From: Massalongia carnosa
Taxonomy: Eukaryota
DNA length: 64,000 nt
NCBI GenBank assembly: GCA_965645245.1
Contig: OZ287070.1
Coordinates: 2,046,001 to 2,110,000 of the forward strand
Reading direction: 5' to 3'
The position numbers were made by a program, and so were the translations under genes. This document shows, piece by piece, positions 14,263-29,000 of this stretch. The notes beneath the pieces are model-generated. The model was given only the letters and a program-made list of their open reading frames with translations. It searched no databases and had not been told where the DNA came from. Every line of letters begins with the position of its first letter. Within the stretch, counting starts at the first letter, position 1.

Positions 14263-14844
14263 GTAGGGAAGAAGGTCTTGATGCGATGGTGAATGAGGGC
14301 AGATCCTGTGGGTCTGGCGGTGACTTTTTGTTCAAGGAAGCACGGAGTCAGGCTTCGGCATATTTAGGCAAGGTGTTTGCCCCATTTTTTGTCAATTCCA
14401 TGCGTCAACTACTACTGTGCGAGCGTGAATACCCCTGGCTTTTTATCTCTCCAATTTTTTTTTTGCTTTTCTGGATAGCCTTCTAAATAGCAATGGCTAG
14501 AAGCGTCGCCTTCCCCTACTTCAGCCATCCCATTCATCCATCCATCTACCCAAGCCCCACATTCTACTCCTTACAGCCAGCTCCGCCAGCTCCGCTCCCC
14601 AACATCCCCAATATTCCCAACCCCCTTATCGGTACCATACATACGTAACCGATATTGCCCACTTCTCATAGGCCTCGCCTCGCAAAAGATAAGATAAGGC
14701 GACATTGATTCCACGGATAAAGATAAAAACAACCAAGTAGGTAAGCCAGTTAGGTTTTTTTTAATTTTCAACTCAGCCTAGGGGCTTTTCGGTTCGGGGC
14801 TTTTTGCTGGGGAGGTGGGGAAGTGGTTAGTGGGTAGGTGGCTA

Positions 14845-14845
<1 letters not shown>

Positions 14846-14874
<29 letters not shown>
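14846..14874. repeat. (TGA)n microsatellite, about 9 units
   Basis: tgatgatgatgatgatgatgatgatgatg in the kinase/RRN3 intergenic region. Confidence 0.9.
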
Positions 14875-14875
<1 letters not shown>

Positions 14876-15422
14876 GGAGAAGAAGAGTATTAAGGGGGGA
14901 AGAATTGTTTGCAGACGGCGGATATATATATTTTTTTATAATAGAGGGTGGGGGACGGAAGGAAAGAGAGAAAAAGACAAGATCAAAGATCAAAGAGCTG
15001 GCTGGACATATTTCCGGGTCGTTGTCTCTCTTTCTCTCTCTGTATTTCATGCTTTACTCCCAATCCCAGCTTTTACTGGCACAACCATTAAACTCCCGGC
15101 ATTTTCGCTTTCCTTCACTGCGTGGGATCTCAGATAGTACTTTTATTCTTTCAGCCATCTAGATGACTAGTAAGGGGAGGAGGAGCCACCGTATTGAGTG
15201 CCTGCCTCAAACCTTCTTCTGTCTTTCCGCCCATTCGATCGATCGTATCGCCAATGTCATCGCTGATGCTGATACCGATGCTAATGCTGATTCTACCGTT
15301 TCCCTCCTTCCCCTTGTTTATATGATGCTTAGAAGACCCCCTGATAGCGCCGCGCTATAATTACCTGATTGGGAAAGCACCCGGTGCCCCGCTCGGTCCA
15401 TGTTCATAGTCCCGGTCGGAAC

Positions 15423-17507
15423 TCACGACGCATCCGACTCTAATTCCTTCCCATCCTCTTCCTCCTCCTCGTCACTTCCCTCGCTGGCGTCGCTCCCCTC
15501 GCTTCCCTCCTCATCTAGCCCGGGAACCCCAGTCCATTCTCGATAATCCCCGCCAAGCCACCGCTTGCTTAGCGGCAAGTGATATGGATCAAACGGGAAA
15601 AATCCATCAAGCATCTGCAAGCTCTCGCCGTCTCTCCGCGCGCTGAGCGCTGTTTCACGTTCTGGGTGACTATATACTCCCATGGCAGACGACGAAAACG
15701 AAGAGCAGGAAGTGGGTAGGCGTACGCGCTTGTTTGTCTCAATTAAATGGAAGACGAAGATGGCGCCAAGATGGTTAGCGATGCGGGCGAATTCGGTGAC
15801 AATGGCCGGGGCGCAGACACGTAACGGGTTGAGCTTGCTGAAAATATTAGTAGTAAGGATATCCTTAACGCCAGGGCGCCAGCGAGGTTGTTCCTCGTAA
15901 AGGTTTGGTATATCTCCATCGTCTTCGTAATCGGGGGAAGTGGGCGTAGAGGAACGGGAAGAATGAGAGTTGGGGCGGTATTGCAGGTCGCGCCAGCGGA
16001 AGCAGAAGATGTAGAGGAGCGCTTGCACAAGAGAGTAGAAAGTTGCGTAGCGGCGGAGGTCTGGGCCGCGGCAGCCAGGTTCATGGAGGTAGCGAAGACG
16101 TTCTAACTCGGCACCGATATAAGAAAATACGTCACGGACGATGTTAGCAGGCACGTGAGTGCCGCGGGCGACAAAGCTAGCAAGATAGGCGGCCGCGGCT
16201 TGACGGACTATACCGGGCTGGACCGTGTCAAAGGCGATCTGGACGCAGGTACCGACGAAGGTGTCCACGAAGGATGGGGAAAGCTGGGCGAAGTGGAAGA
16301 GTAGGAACTGGGTGTGTCGCGAGCGATAGGTAGGGAGGATGATGGTGACGAACTGGGAAAGGAGGATGTCAAGGGCATTGAAGTGGGTGTCGGTGGATGT
16401 GCCAGTGATGAGTTGGGAGTAGTACGTGAAGAGTAGGTCCAGGATGATATCCATTTTCTCGACATTTCGCATTATGTCTTTAGTGCGCCGAGATTCTTCG
16501 TTCCCTGCATCATCACTAAATACTGATTCATCATCGGTGCTCTCAGAATCATCCATGATATCGGCGAAACCATCGCGTATTTGTGGAATGTCTTGTACAA
16601 GTCCGTCGCCGACGTCTTCGGCAAGATCTTCCAGGTCCACCTGTACCTGCACGTCGATCTTAACAAGGCGCTCCGTGATCAAGGCCAAAACCTCGGCACG
16701 CAACTCAGGGGCGTAAATGAGAATCTTGAGGATATTCTGGACATAGGTGGCATGCGCTCGTTTTGAGTCCGTTTGATGAGGAAAAGTACTGGTAAGAATG
16801 GAGGAAAGGATACTGCTCGCGGAGGGTATCAATTGCAGCAGGTACTGCAATGCTCTATGAACTCGAAGGTACATTTGTGAGCGAGGAACCAACGGACTAT
16901 CGGGGGAACGACCGCTTGAGGGAAAAGCTTGTAAAATATTAGCTTATCCTGTGATTGCAAATTTACCAAACCTACCAGCACTTAGGTTATCCACTAACAT
17001 TCGAAGTACATCTGATAGGAAAGCCCCTTGAGTTGACACTAGATTTGCCAATAAGCGTACGTAGAGCGTAGCATAGTCGTCATTTCGCCCTAGCCATTGA
17101 CTGTTCAAGACCGCATGTACCAAGTCTGCACGAGACCGGTTGAGCAAAGAAACATTTCCCAAAAGCGCCGATGTATGACTTCGCAAAGTAATCGTGCTAG
17201 GCTCATCTTCGAGCTTCCTCTGGACTGCGTAAATCTCCTTAACTTGAGAGTATCCTGAGGTATCCCCAAAAGCTTGCTGCTCCAGAGCACGCCGCACTTC
17301 TTCCTGGATAAGTTTCGGCGCTTTCTCCCAGTCTCCCATTACCCTCACTTCAACATTCGAATCAAAGGTTACCTTTGGTCTTTTTCCTGGGCTTGACGGA
17401 GTGTCATCCTCCGCGTCATTACGTTTTCGAATCAAGGTGGGTTGGCGGAGAAGAGTTTTTGAGACGGGTGTAGGTACAGGCTTTGCGGTTCGCGACAATG
17501 TAGACAT
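15423..17507 (-). CDS. RRN3: RNA polymerase I transcription initiation factor Rrn3 (2 exons)
   Basis: LITERLVKIDVQVQVDLEDL, ILPTYRSRHTQFLLFHFAQ, AAAYLASFVAR, QALLYIFCFRWRDL, LNPLRVC, FPFDPYHLP; one intron near 16927-16976. Confidence 0.93.
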
Positions 17508-17903
17508 TGCGATACTAAATAAGGCAGAACCATATCAAGTGAGGGAACTAGATTCGGGTACGGTTGGGGAGATGGGCTAAAAAACTGTTTTGAATGATAT
17601 GGGGAAATTATTTTATTCGGGTTTGGCAAGGATGGCTAGGGCTAACTAGGTTCAGTGCTAAGCGAAATATCTGTTGATCAAGACTCACCAACGATAACCA
17701 TGCTACGCCAGACACTTACCTTGATGCAAAGTAGATATGCAGTTACACACAGTTATGCGAGCTCCTACATCAATTGAACAATATAGCTACTCGGAGCATC
17801 GACTTATAGCCAAACCATCGTACACAGACCTCGCATCTGAACTTCAAATCACAGCTCTACTAAAAAGTCCTGGTCTTAGCGCTATCGGTATACATGTTAC
17901 ATT

Positions 17904-20900
17904 TCAGAACCCCCTCCCTACCCTAGGTGTCAGTGGTCTCTTGACGGCTCCTTGAGTCGCCATACGCTTGATAGCTGTAGTTGCTGGCCTTGACACCGCC
18001 AGCCTCGGAATGTCTGTAGCCTTGGCAATCCTCTGAGCTTCACGCTCTTTGTCTTCCGCCATCTGAGCCTCAATCTCCATTTTGCGATTGTATTCATGTT
18101 CAGTCACTCGTTTTTCTCGTGCGGAGTACCCCTTCTCTTTGACCGAATAGAAAACGCCACCCAACTCGGCAAGCCACTAAAGATAATGTCAACTAATATG
18201 CAAGGATGAGGAGGGTGAAAGTACATACATGGGGATCAACAGAGGTGACGGTAGACATGTACTCTTTGGAAGTAAGAATGAGCTCATGATATACCACATA
18301 ATCTGGCAGATAGCCGAGTCCGTAGAGCGCGCTTGTCGGATGTAGTTGAATGGTCACACTCGTCCGCAAATTGATGTACTCGCCGATACCTTTGACCTTT
18401 GCAGATTGGTGATAGTAACCTGAACAGATGCACTTTCGAATGACATCCCAGTCGGTGCCACAGCTCGTCAATATCATTTTTTGTACCTTCATAATGTCAT
18501 GCAATTGCTCCCGAATCTCCTTCGCTCGGCGCAGCGCCTTGGGATGAAGGAAGTGTCGAGTGCACCAGCCATCTGAATGGCCATTCGATTTCCATTGAGT
18601 GTATACATGTAAAAGCGTAAGATGATCAGACTCGGGCACAAAGAACTTTTCCCGCGCAGCATCAGATTCTTCTTGTCGTTCCTTTGGTCGATAGAATACG
18701 CTAGGAACGGAGAGCATGGACACAATGGTGAGCATTTCTTCGCTACAGCCATAATCTTCTGAGGTGATAATTAACTTGGCAAGGGACGGGTCCATAGGAA
18801 ATGCGGTCATCTTCTTGCCCATGGGAGTAAGATCTCCGATGTTGTCCAGGGCACCAAGTGCCCAAAGATCAAACAATGAAGTAGTGATTGTATCTTGAGG
18901 CGGTGGGTCCATAAAATCAAAATCTAGTAAATCCCTTACACCCAATGACTTGAGCAGCAGGACAGTGTTCGCAAGATTGGTTCGCTGGATCTCTGGAATG
19001 GTTTGGATATAGAACTCTTCCTTGAAGGCTAGCTCGGTATAGAGGTGAAAGGCTTTGCCCGGACCCGTTCTCCCAGCTCGTCCAGCGCGCTGAGATGCAT
19101 TAGCCTGAGATATAGGAGTGATCTGTAGTGCATCCATTCCCATGCGTGGATTATAGACCTTGAGTTTCGAATAGCCTGCATCAACAACATACATAATTCC
19201 ATCCACTGTCAAACTAGTTTCGGCTATATTTGTGGCTACTATAACTTTGCGAACGCCCGGAGCAGCTTTATCGAATATTTTGGCTTGTAGATCCGCTGGC
19301 ATTTGGCTATAGATGGGAAGAATACTGATCTTAGGTGGATCATTGAGCATCTTCAGTCGTTCTTCAACCAGCTCGCAAGTCACTTCAATATCCTCTTGTC
19401 CCGTCATGAAGACTAAAATATCACCAGCTGGCTGGGAGACATGAATGGCTAATATTTGCTTGACGGCGCTATCCACGTAGTCTTCGCAGGCTGATCGCGA
19501 ATACTGGATGTCAACAGGAAATGTGCGGCCTGGGATTAGAAACTCTGGAGCTCCTCCGTAAAATCTTGAAAATCGCTCAGCATTCATCGTTGCTGAAGTA
19601 ACTATTAGCTTTAAGTCTCGTCTTCGAGCGAGCACCTTCTTGATCAGCCCCATGAGTACATCAGTGTTCAGTGCACGCTCATGAGCTTCGTCCATGATAA
19701 TACATGAGTATTTGTCGAGATCGGGCTCGACAAGCGATTCTCGCAACAATACCCCATCTGTCATATACTTGATAGCTGTTTCCTTGCTGGTGCAGTCTTC
19801 AAACCTGATAGCATAACCCACCAAACCTCCAAGTTTGACTTCCATCTCTTCGCTAACCCGTTTTGCGACGCTCATCGCTGCCACTCGTCGAGGCTGTGTA
19901 CAACCTATTATGCCGTTCTTTGCATAACCATCCTCGTAAAGAAATTGGGTTAACTGGGTAGTTTTACCTGACCCGGTTTGCCCAACAACAATGACCACCT
20001 GGTTGTCACGAATTACTCGTAAAAGTTCTTCCCGAACGGCAAACGCAGGTAGAAATTCTCTTTGCTCGTGTAATGTTTTACTTTTACTGAAAGCACTCTG
20101 CCCTTCATTCTTCTTAAGATGCTCGGCGAACTTGCTACCTGATTTGATCTCATCTTCCCCTGGCGCAGGAGCAGCGCTATCACCATCGTCTTCTTTGACG
20201 CCCATCAGGTTTCCTAATGCCGTTCCTGCCATGTTCGTAGCCTCCTGCGCCTGTTTCTGCCTTTCTTTCTGTTGCCTCCGTTCCTTAACGACTTTGCTAC
20301 CTTTCCGACTGAACACTGCCATGTCACTTTGTGGATCCCGAACGGCAGGGACAGGATCGAGCTGTTTGGTAAATATTTTCCTTCCATCCAAGAATGGTGG
20401 CTTGATATCATGGACCAAAAGATGAACCCGAGTGGCTTCTTCATCGTCGTCAAAATCGGCATCAAAGTCTCTTCGTTGAGCGACACCAGACGTGAGCATC
20501 CTGTTCACTTCCCAAGCGTCCACATCACGCTGTTTCTGTACAGTTTTTGCACTGATCCGCTTGCCATTTTTCTTCTCAGCTAGAGCCACTTCTTTCTGTT
20601 TATCTGCCCAAGATACATCGGTGGAACCAAAGGGATTATGAGACTCATCGCCAAGCGAATATCCAAACTCATCACCAGCATACCAGTCTCGATCTAAGGC
20701 GTTGGATTCCTCCTCACTAACCATTGGTTCAGGCCCTTCGAACTCCTTTTGTTGAGGCATTGATCCATATCGTGATACCTTTGGGGTTGCCGACGCAGAT
20801 AGGCGACCCAAGCTAGTGTTTTGAGGGCGACTATCATGACAAGTCGTGTTGCTTTTGCTATGTAGTGGGGTTTGAGCAGATCGATTAATTCGAGTGGTGG

Positions 20901-20970
20901 AAGGCCTGGAGGGCACCACAAACCGATCTGCTTCGAGCTTTCGTCTCTTGGGACTATCTTCTCGTGCCAT
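17904..20970 (-). CDS. PRP16: Pre-mRNA splicing DEAH-box helicase Prp16 (DHX38)
   Basis: [33 protein letters not shown]-terminal ALDRDWY and [13 protein letters not shown] typical of Prp16; short last intron near 18177-18228. Confidence 0.95.
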
Positions 20971-21206
20971 GGAGGCTTATGTATTGTAAGTGTAATTTAC
21001 TGCACTCAAGGTTTATATGTATAAAAGGATCTTACGCTGATATATTAGATGTGTGTCATTAATAAAACTGACTGTCGCATTACTACATATTATTCATACT
21101 TTGGCTAGAGAAAGAATTATTAAAGCGCCGAAGATTTCCCGGCACTATCTTATTTCGCCAAAACATTGTGCACTCATCCTCTTAAGCTAAAGGTTTTGAT
21201 TTTGCA

Positions 21207-22891
21207 ATGTCTATGATTACAGCATCGACATGGGTGCCTCGAGGTTCGGCAGCCACTTACCCTATCAAATATGAAATTGACGAAATCGAGCTCGCTCGAA
21301 TTTCAAAGCTTGCCAGATTGCAACTTGATGATGCAAAAGCCGATCTCGATAAAGCAAAAGGGTTGCGTGAGTGTACAATAGTATTTGAGAACTCCTCGGA
21401 TGAGGAACAAATTACGGTTCAGCCCTCACGGTCACAAGGGTTTGCAGTCCATGCCCGAGGGCCGTCTAAGTGAAGTTGCTAACTGCGGCGCCCAGAGACA
21501 TCGATGATGATCTTAAGGAGTACGACCTCGAACATTATGATAGTGACGTTGTCGACGAGAATGGAGAGTCAATGCCCATGTTCGGCAATGCACGATCACT
21601 AGCTTATCATGAATCCAACGCTGACGATCCGTATATCACATTGCAGGATGATGACGAAGATGACGATGACAGAGAAGAGCTCCAAGTGTTAGCTACAGAC
21701 AACATGCTGGTCGCTGCTAAAGTAGAGGACGAAGTAGCACATTTAGAAATATATGTGTACGAAGATGAGGCAGATAATCTCTATGTTCACCATGACATCA
21801 TGCTACCGGCGATACCTTTGTGCGTTGAATGGTTGGATTTACCCGTTGGCAGAAATGCGATCGACCCAACCTCAAGAGGCAACTATGTTGCTGTTGGAAC
21901 GTTTGATCCTGATATTGAGATATGGGACCTTGACACAGTTGACTGCATGTACCCAAATGCAATTCTTGGACAGGAAGGTGATGGTAAATCGGAGTCTATC
22001 AACGAATCTCTAGGGAAGAAGACAAAGAAGCGAAAAAAGTCTAGAAAGATCAATGATCATTACCATGTGGACGCTGTTCTATCGCTGGCCGCGAACAGAC
22101 ATCACCGTAATCTTTTAGCTTCGTCCTCCGCGGATAAGACTGTGAAATTGTGGGACTTGAATACCACAAAATGTGCAAAGTCCTATTCCCACCATACGGA
22201 CAAAATTTGCTCAATAGCATGGCACCCAAAGGAATCTACTAACTTACTCAGCGGAAGCTATGATCGGACAGTCTTGGTTGTCGACATGCGAGCACCAGAT
22301 ACCAAGATACCCCGTTGGGGAGTGGAGAGTGATGTTGAAACGGTAGCGTGGAATCCTCATGATACAAATATTTTCTATGTCACCACGGAGAACGGAATAA
22401 TCCACTGCTACGATATCCGAATCGCTCCATCCTCGATAGAGACTTCGAAACCTGTCTGGAAACTTCAAGCTCATGACCAATCTATTTCATCATTCGCTAT
22501 TAACCCCATCATTCCTGGCTTTCTTGTAACAGGATCCACAGACAAAGAAATTAAGTTATGGAACGTGCAGCCCAATGGTCCTAGCATGGTCGTGTCTCGA
22601 AATCTTGGGGTTGGAAAGGTGTTTTCAACCACATTCGCACCTGATTCTGAGGTAGCATTTCGTCTCGCCGTCGCTGGTAGTAAGGGCTTGATGCAAATCT
22701 GGGATACCTCCACAAATGCGGCTGTGCGACGGATATTTGCAAATCGACTAGTTCCAGCGAATGGAGAAATCAAAGAACGAATGGTTGGCGTTGAAGACGA
22801 TAGTAGCGATTCGGAGGAGGAAGGTGGTGCTGAGCCTGGTGGCGAAAATCGAAACAATAACGATGACTGGGAGTCAATGGATGAGGATTGA
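21207..22891 (+). CDS. PWP1: WD40 rRNA-processing protein Pwp1
   Basis: MSMITASTWVPRG start, DDDLKEYDLEHYD, NLYVHHDIMLPAIPLCVEWLD, WD repeats; one intron near 21440-21495. Confidence 0.93.
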
Positions 22892-24421
22892 AAATATGTT
22901 GGCTCTTCTCGCTACGAACTAAAGCAACTAAGTAATGCAAAAAGCTGCTAGCGCACGAGCGAGCATACATCCATGGGTAAGCGATAGGATGTCCGGAGTA
23001 CAGCGCTACATAATCAGAGTCTCAAGAGGAATCATGATATGCGAGGTTGTGCGCTCAGGCACAGGATGCTTCGTACAACCTTATTTAAATACCGCGATTT
23101 GATGCCATTGGAGCCAAAAGAAACTAGTTGGCGCCGGCCATAGGTAATGTTATGTAAGAATACTTAGGGGCGCGTTGATCATAACTTAATGGCCTTTTTC
23201 ATCCCTGTTGCTGGTGATTTGGCAACCACCCGCACATACTTTATGTATGTGGAAGAGCTTTAAGGGTTGCCAATCACCTACGTGAGAGATAGGGCAGACC
23301 CACCAGGCCGTGACTTTCCCCCGAGACCATCATCACGCTCTGCCACGTTAGTAGAATTGCTGTCACTTCTCAAACGAACATATGGCTTAACTGAAGATTG
23401 TTAGCACTGTGATTTTATTCTCGAGTCTTGACCCCGAGAACAATATAATCGACCGGTTAGTGCGGCATTGGTATACTTCCTATTTCTTCGCTGATTGTAG
23501 CATATATGATGTCAGTACGGAGTAAAACCCTCCTTATGAATAAGCCCATTTCTGTTTTGCACGAGTATCGTCAGTTGTTACTAGGCTGCAGGGACGGGCA
23601 GTTATACTCCGGGGTGATGAGTTCCTGAATTTCCGTGTACCAATCGTTTGTGTAATATCGTTTGAGCCGACATTAACACTCCTTGATGCAATCCTGGGAC
23701 CGAGACCTCACTAAAGTCGACGAATGGTAATTAAATATATTTAAGACCTTAGCAAGAAATACATGACATAAGGCCGTTTTCATACCTTGGATCTCAACGA
23801 TGGTTCGTGAATCGAACTTAATTAAACAGTAGTTTCGTAAGATCAAACAGTAATAATTCAAGGGGTATATTTGACTAGAGCTAAGCTCCTCCGTATTATA
23901 TACAAGTTTCAGAATGAAGTCCGACCTTCCCAGTTCTTGGCGGAGTTCCCGCCAGTTCAAAGAAAAAATGGATTATTACTCCCCCTTCGCGTTTGCTGCT
24001 CGTCCTCCGTCTCTTCAAAACATCACACTCCTTCTTTTGCATCTCCACCCTCCCTAAACCTCACCGATCTATTCTCACACTCACTTCTGTGTTGTTTGTA
24101 CACTCCTTTGGACAACGTCACAGCCACATTCACTTTAATCGCATCTCTGGAAGATACAACCACGGTCAGCGTCCGCAGGATTGTTCCAGTTTTCAGTTCT
24201 CTGCTACGCATCGCAGAACACCTTCCCTACCAGACTTTCAAAAATCTTTGTCAACTTTTATCAACCAGACCCCTTTGGTTGCCGCTTGGTCTTAGTAACA
24301 TAGCCGATAACTCAGCTTTCATTACCTCATACTCTTCACCCACGTGAGGTATCAAAGCAGTCATTGGGCCGAGAAATCCACATTGGTCATTTCCATCGCG
24401 CCGGCTCAGAAACTTGACGTA

Positions 24422-25177
24422 ATGGATCTTGCAAGGGCTTTTACGAAGCGTAACAAACGTCCGGAGATATCCATGCCTTCTTCGATACGAGCTGGGAGTC
24501 CCAGAAAGCATGACGGGCAGATTCAGCGGAGCGCAATTTCAGCCCCACTCGAACTGTTGTCAACCACCAATGTTCTTGCGTTAAGCGCGCCTAATATTTA
24601 CGCTTCCTCTTCATCCAGTATCAGCGATGATTCGGACAGCTTTTTGACCTTTTCGCTTTCGTCGCGTGGTACCACACCAGATTCATCATCGATTGAGTCT
24701 GATCCGAGCCCTGTGGAGCCCAATCACTTGTCTAGTTACTTCCAGGCCCCCGGTCGCTCTTCACTATCGGCTGGTTCCCACCGTTTCTCTAGTGATACTG
24801 GGGTTCCCACGATACCATCGCGTGCATTGTCGCACACCAAGAAATCACACGAAGCTATTGCGCGCCAGCGCTCGATGTCCCGATCAATCCCACCTCCAAC
24901 AACAATCCATACAAGTGCAAACGCTCGCGATACTATTGAAATGTTCTCCAATAAAGTTGAGGTTAACCACCCATTTGGCCCAGAGCTTGAACAAGTGAAC
25001 GAACTCGCGGAGGAAATTGGGGCAAGAGATATCATGATTTTAGATGAGGAGGAGCAGTACCTCATGAGCCAAGGATTCTTTAAATTTGGAGTCGAAGAAT
25101 ACATGGAAGAAATCCAAGGTCTATTTGGGGGGAGTCTTGGCAATCCTTTCAGCCCATTTGGTGCGGGATGGATATAG
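24422..25177 (+). CDS. Conserved fungal hypothetical Ser-rich protein
   Basis: Uninterrupted ORF MDLARAFTKR...; ISAPLELLSTTN and HPFGPELEQVNELAEE resemble motifs of a Pezizomycotina hypothetical family (from recollection, not a search). Confidence 0.7.
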   Translation: MDLARAFTKRNKRPEISMPSSIRAGSPRKHDGQIQRSAISAPLELLSTTNVLALSAPNIYASSSSSISDDSDSFLTFSLSSRGTTPDSSSIESDPSPVEPNHLSSYFQAPGRSSLSAGSHRFSSDTGVPTIPSRALSHTKKSHEAIARQRSMSRSIPPPTTIHTSANARDTIEMFSNKVEVNHPFGPELEQVNELAEEIGARDIMILDEEEQYLMSQGFFKFGVEEYMEEIQGLFGGSLGNPFSPFGAGWI

Positions 25178-26018
25178 ACAAAATATTTTCTCTAGAAGAC
25201 GCTTGTGCGCTGTGGGCTGGCCTTCTACTAACGCTCGGCTGCGCTGGATCTTACGTGTTTCCTCTTCGTTGTTATAATATTTTGTCTACTTTTTAGACGT
25301 GGTGGGCTTGTATGGGAATATGGATCTTACTTTATCAAAGATTTCTAAGAAAATATTCATCATGAATGAAATGTGGGGAGCTTGCAGTTTGGTCACTGCT
25401 CCCGTCCAGTCTTTTTGATCCAACTTGTTACGCTCCTTGGTTGCGACAATTTCCTTGGAAAGGATGATGGTTTTGAGCAATGGCTTTGTGCATGAAATAG
25501 CTAGGAATATGTATACTGAAGTATTTCCCCCCTATCTATCATGCTTCTCCATGACTCCATAACCCTCCGGAAGTAAGACTTACAGCTTCAAGCGGCTGGT
25601 TCATAGTTTATACAGACTTGGCATGGACCTTTGTTTCGGCTGATCTGGTTTGCCGTGTGGTTATTCGTTCATGCGTGACCGCATAACATCTTAAATCATG
25701 TTAGGTAAGCTTTTGGCTAGGTTAAATGCATAAGCTGATGGAAGCTGAGCTCTTTCTATTCATAAATGATCTAGCTATGCGCAACTAGTACTCTGTATTC
25801 AAATTCCGTCCGTACGATTACTTAATTCTGTTGCCCTTGTTACAAAATTGCTTTGTGCTATCGCCAGTTCGTCTGTCTATGTTGTTGTTCATGACAATGA
25901 AACTCTCTCCTGTCCCTTGGAGTTCTTAACATGATAAGGACTCCATGCAGACATGCTGTAGCTTGTAAATTGCTTCAACATACTTACCGCCTGTGGCTGA
26001 TCTCTATGGGTGTGCACG

Positions 26019-29000
26019 ATGCCAGCGCAGGAGCCCACAGCAGAAAAGGAGAGTTCTGTATCAACCTCCGATAGTCCTAGGCGCAACGTGAAGGTAGGCG
26101 TCGAGACAACTTGAGAGGGGCACATCTCAAACATGCTACAAATTTCGATGGTATTGACCTCCTTTACAGCTGTCAAAAAAAATTCCTGAATCCTTTAACA
26201 GGGGTCAAACGGAGCTGGAAGATTCTCAATGTGAAGCAGAGAAACCCCAATATAGAGCAGGCGACAGTTCGTTCCTTGTACCGGGTATATCAAATACAGA
26301 TGAATCTAACGATGAGAGCTTGCCAAATGCTCCACCCAAACGCCGTAACCTATCCATAGCCGAGGGATCAAACGGAAACACAGTATTACATACACAGGGT
26401 CCACGGCATAGCGCTGATAATAACGAAGAAAGGGTATCAACCAGTGTGGGGGGGAAACCTAATTCCCATGGTTTGGCGGTCATCGGCGCAGCCGGAGTCT
26501 CGGGCTGGTCACATCAAGTGCTTGCACCTCACAAGGAGGTAGTGGAAGAGATCCCTGAAGATGAATGGCAAGATATGCCTGCGTATGCATCATATGACCT
26601 ATATGATGACGATGGAAAGCTCATAGCCCGAGAAGCACGAGTGTCCGACGATGAAGAAAACGCATATGCCGGTTTGGGTGGTGCGGGTAAAGGATACACG
26701 CGGGTTCAGGTAGATGAAGACGCCAGATCAGCAACCAGTATGGATGATAATACTAGCTATCTGTTCAAGCACAAAGGAACGGATGTGACCGATGAAGACG
26801 AGGAGCACCGAGATCCGTTAGCACAAATGCAAGCAACAAAAAACCTACTTACGGAAGGGCAAAGAATAGCGTATGTGGGCGTCACAAGGCTAGCTTTGGT
26901 TCAGATGGCCCAAGTACTAAATGAAGTTGAAGGCACGAAAAATACAAGGAAAGAGTTCAAGGTTGCAGTGGAATCGATGAAGATGTGGAGTCAACAGATG
27001 ATGTTGAGGCTGTATGCCCATATGGAAATCAATTCCTCGGGTATCTACACACCGTTCTTGGAGGTCAAAAACACCACTGAAATTATACAGAGCAGGTCAT
27101 GATTGAGCAATTAGCAGAGCATGGCGTTCAGCCACAGGACTTGATACCAGCTTTGATGAAAAATTCTCGCGTCACCAATCCTATGGCTGAAAGCTCGAAT
27201 ATCAGTTGTCAAGCATTCTCTTTAGATCTAAACCGTGACGGAGAAAATGAGCTATCAAAACCGTCTACGCCACTTGAGGAGCAGCATTCTCTAGAGGCTG
27301 CTTCCCCTCCGCCTTATACGAAGCATGAGGGCAATGATATGCCCAAGGTTCGCACTCCATCCCAATTACCAACCACTAGGAAAATTGATATAGATATCCG
27401 ATGGACTGTATTATGCGATCTGTTTCTTGTCTTGATTGCTGACTCGATTTATGATTCACGGTCAAGGGTACTACTAGAGCGTGTTGGAACTGCATTACAG
27501 GTATCCTGGCTTGAGATTTGCCGCTTCGAAAAACGGGTAACAGATGCGCTGGAAATGCAGGAGGCAGCAAACAAAGAAACATGGGACGAAGCCGAGCACA
27601 TGGAAAGTCGAAGAAAGTTGGCATTGAAGCACAAATACATGATGATGGGGCTTGCCACTGTTGGAGGCAGCCTCGTGATAGGTCTCTCCGCGGGTCTATT
27701 AGCCCCTGTCATTGGTGCTGGGCTCGCTGCCGGCTTCACGACAATCGGAGTCGCTGGTACTAGCGGGTTTCTTGCCGGTGCTGGAGGCACGGCACTCATT
27801 ACCTCCGGTGCTGTTGTGACAGGCGGCACCATTGCTGTCAGGGCGACTCACAGGAGAACTGGGGCTGTACAGACCTTTGAATACCGGCCACTTCACAACA
27901 ACAAGAGGGTGAACTTAATTGTCACCATTTCTGGCTGGATGAATGGTAAAATCGATGATGTGCGCCTGCCATACAGCACTGTGGATCCTATCATGGGGGA
28001 CATGTATTCGGTATTATGGGAGCCTGAGATGTTGCAAAGTATGGGAGAGACAATTAACATCCTAGCTACGGAGGTAAGATTGAACTCGCTGTTCTCACTC
28101 AGTGCTTTAAGGGACACTCACATACCCATAGGCACTCACTCAAGGCCTTCAACAGGTGCTCGGTAGTACTATTCTAGTAGCTCTGATGGCTTCACTCCAG
28201 CTTCCTATTGTGTTAACAAAACTTTCATACCTGATCGACAATCCTTGGACTGTCTCTCTTGGCCGAGCCAATGCTGCGGGATTAATACTTGCAGATTCGT
28301 TGATAGACAGAAATCTAGGAGTCAGACCAATTACGCTAGTGGGGTTTTCATTGGGATCTCGAGTGATTTTCTCCTGCCTACGCGAGCTCGCTAGGCGAGG
28401 TGCTATTGGGCTTGTCCAGAATGTTTACCTTTTCGGGTCGCCCATTGTAGCCAACAAAGACGAATATCTGCGTGCCCGAATGGTCGTGTCTGGTCGATTC
28501 GTCAATGGTTATGCTTCAAACGATTGGATTCTGGGTACGACTAAGTTAGATTTCTTGTTATTGGAGCATTAGCTAACTTGCGTAGGCTATCTATTTCGTG
28601 CTACTAGCGGTGGAATTATGCGGGTAGCCGGCCTTGCCCAAGTCGAGGGAATTCCTGGACTCGAGAATATTGATGTCACCACATTGGTCAATGGGCATAT
28701 GGCCTATCGAGCAGCAATGCCACGTCTACTTCGAGAAGTTGGCTGGGAGGTGGAGAGCGACGAGTTTACCGAAATCGAAGACCCCGACCCGGAAAACCAT
28801 GAAAAGCGCCAACGGGAACTGATACAAGAACTGGACGAAGCTCGCAAAGACGCGGAGACCAAACCAGAGAAGAGGCGATTCGGTTTCTTCAAGCGTGGGA
28901 AGCTTGCAGAAAAGAGGGGATGGGAAACATACGATGACAAGATGAGGGAAGGGGCTCCACATAACGCGCAGGGCGCCGATCGCGCTTTAAGTAACGTGCT

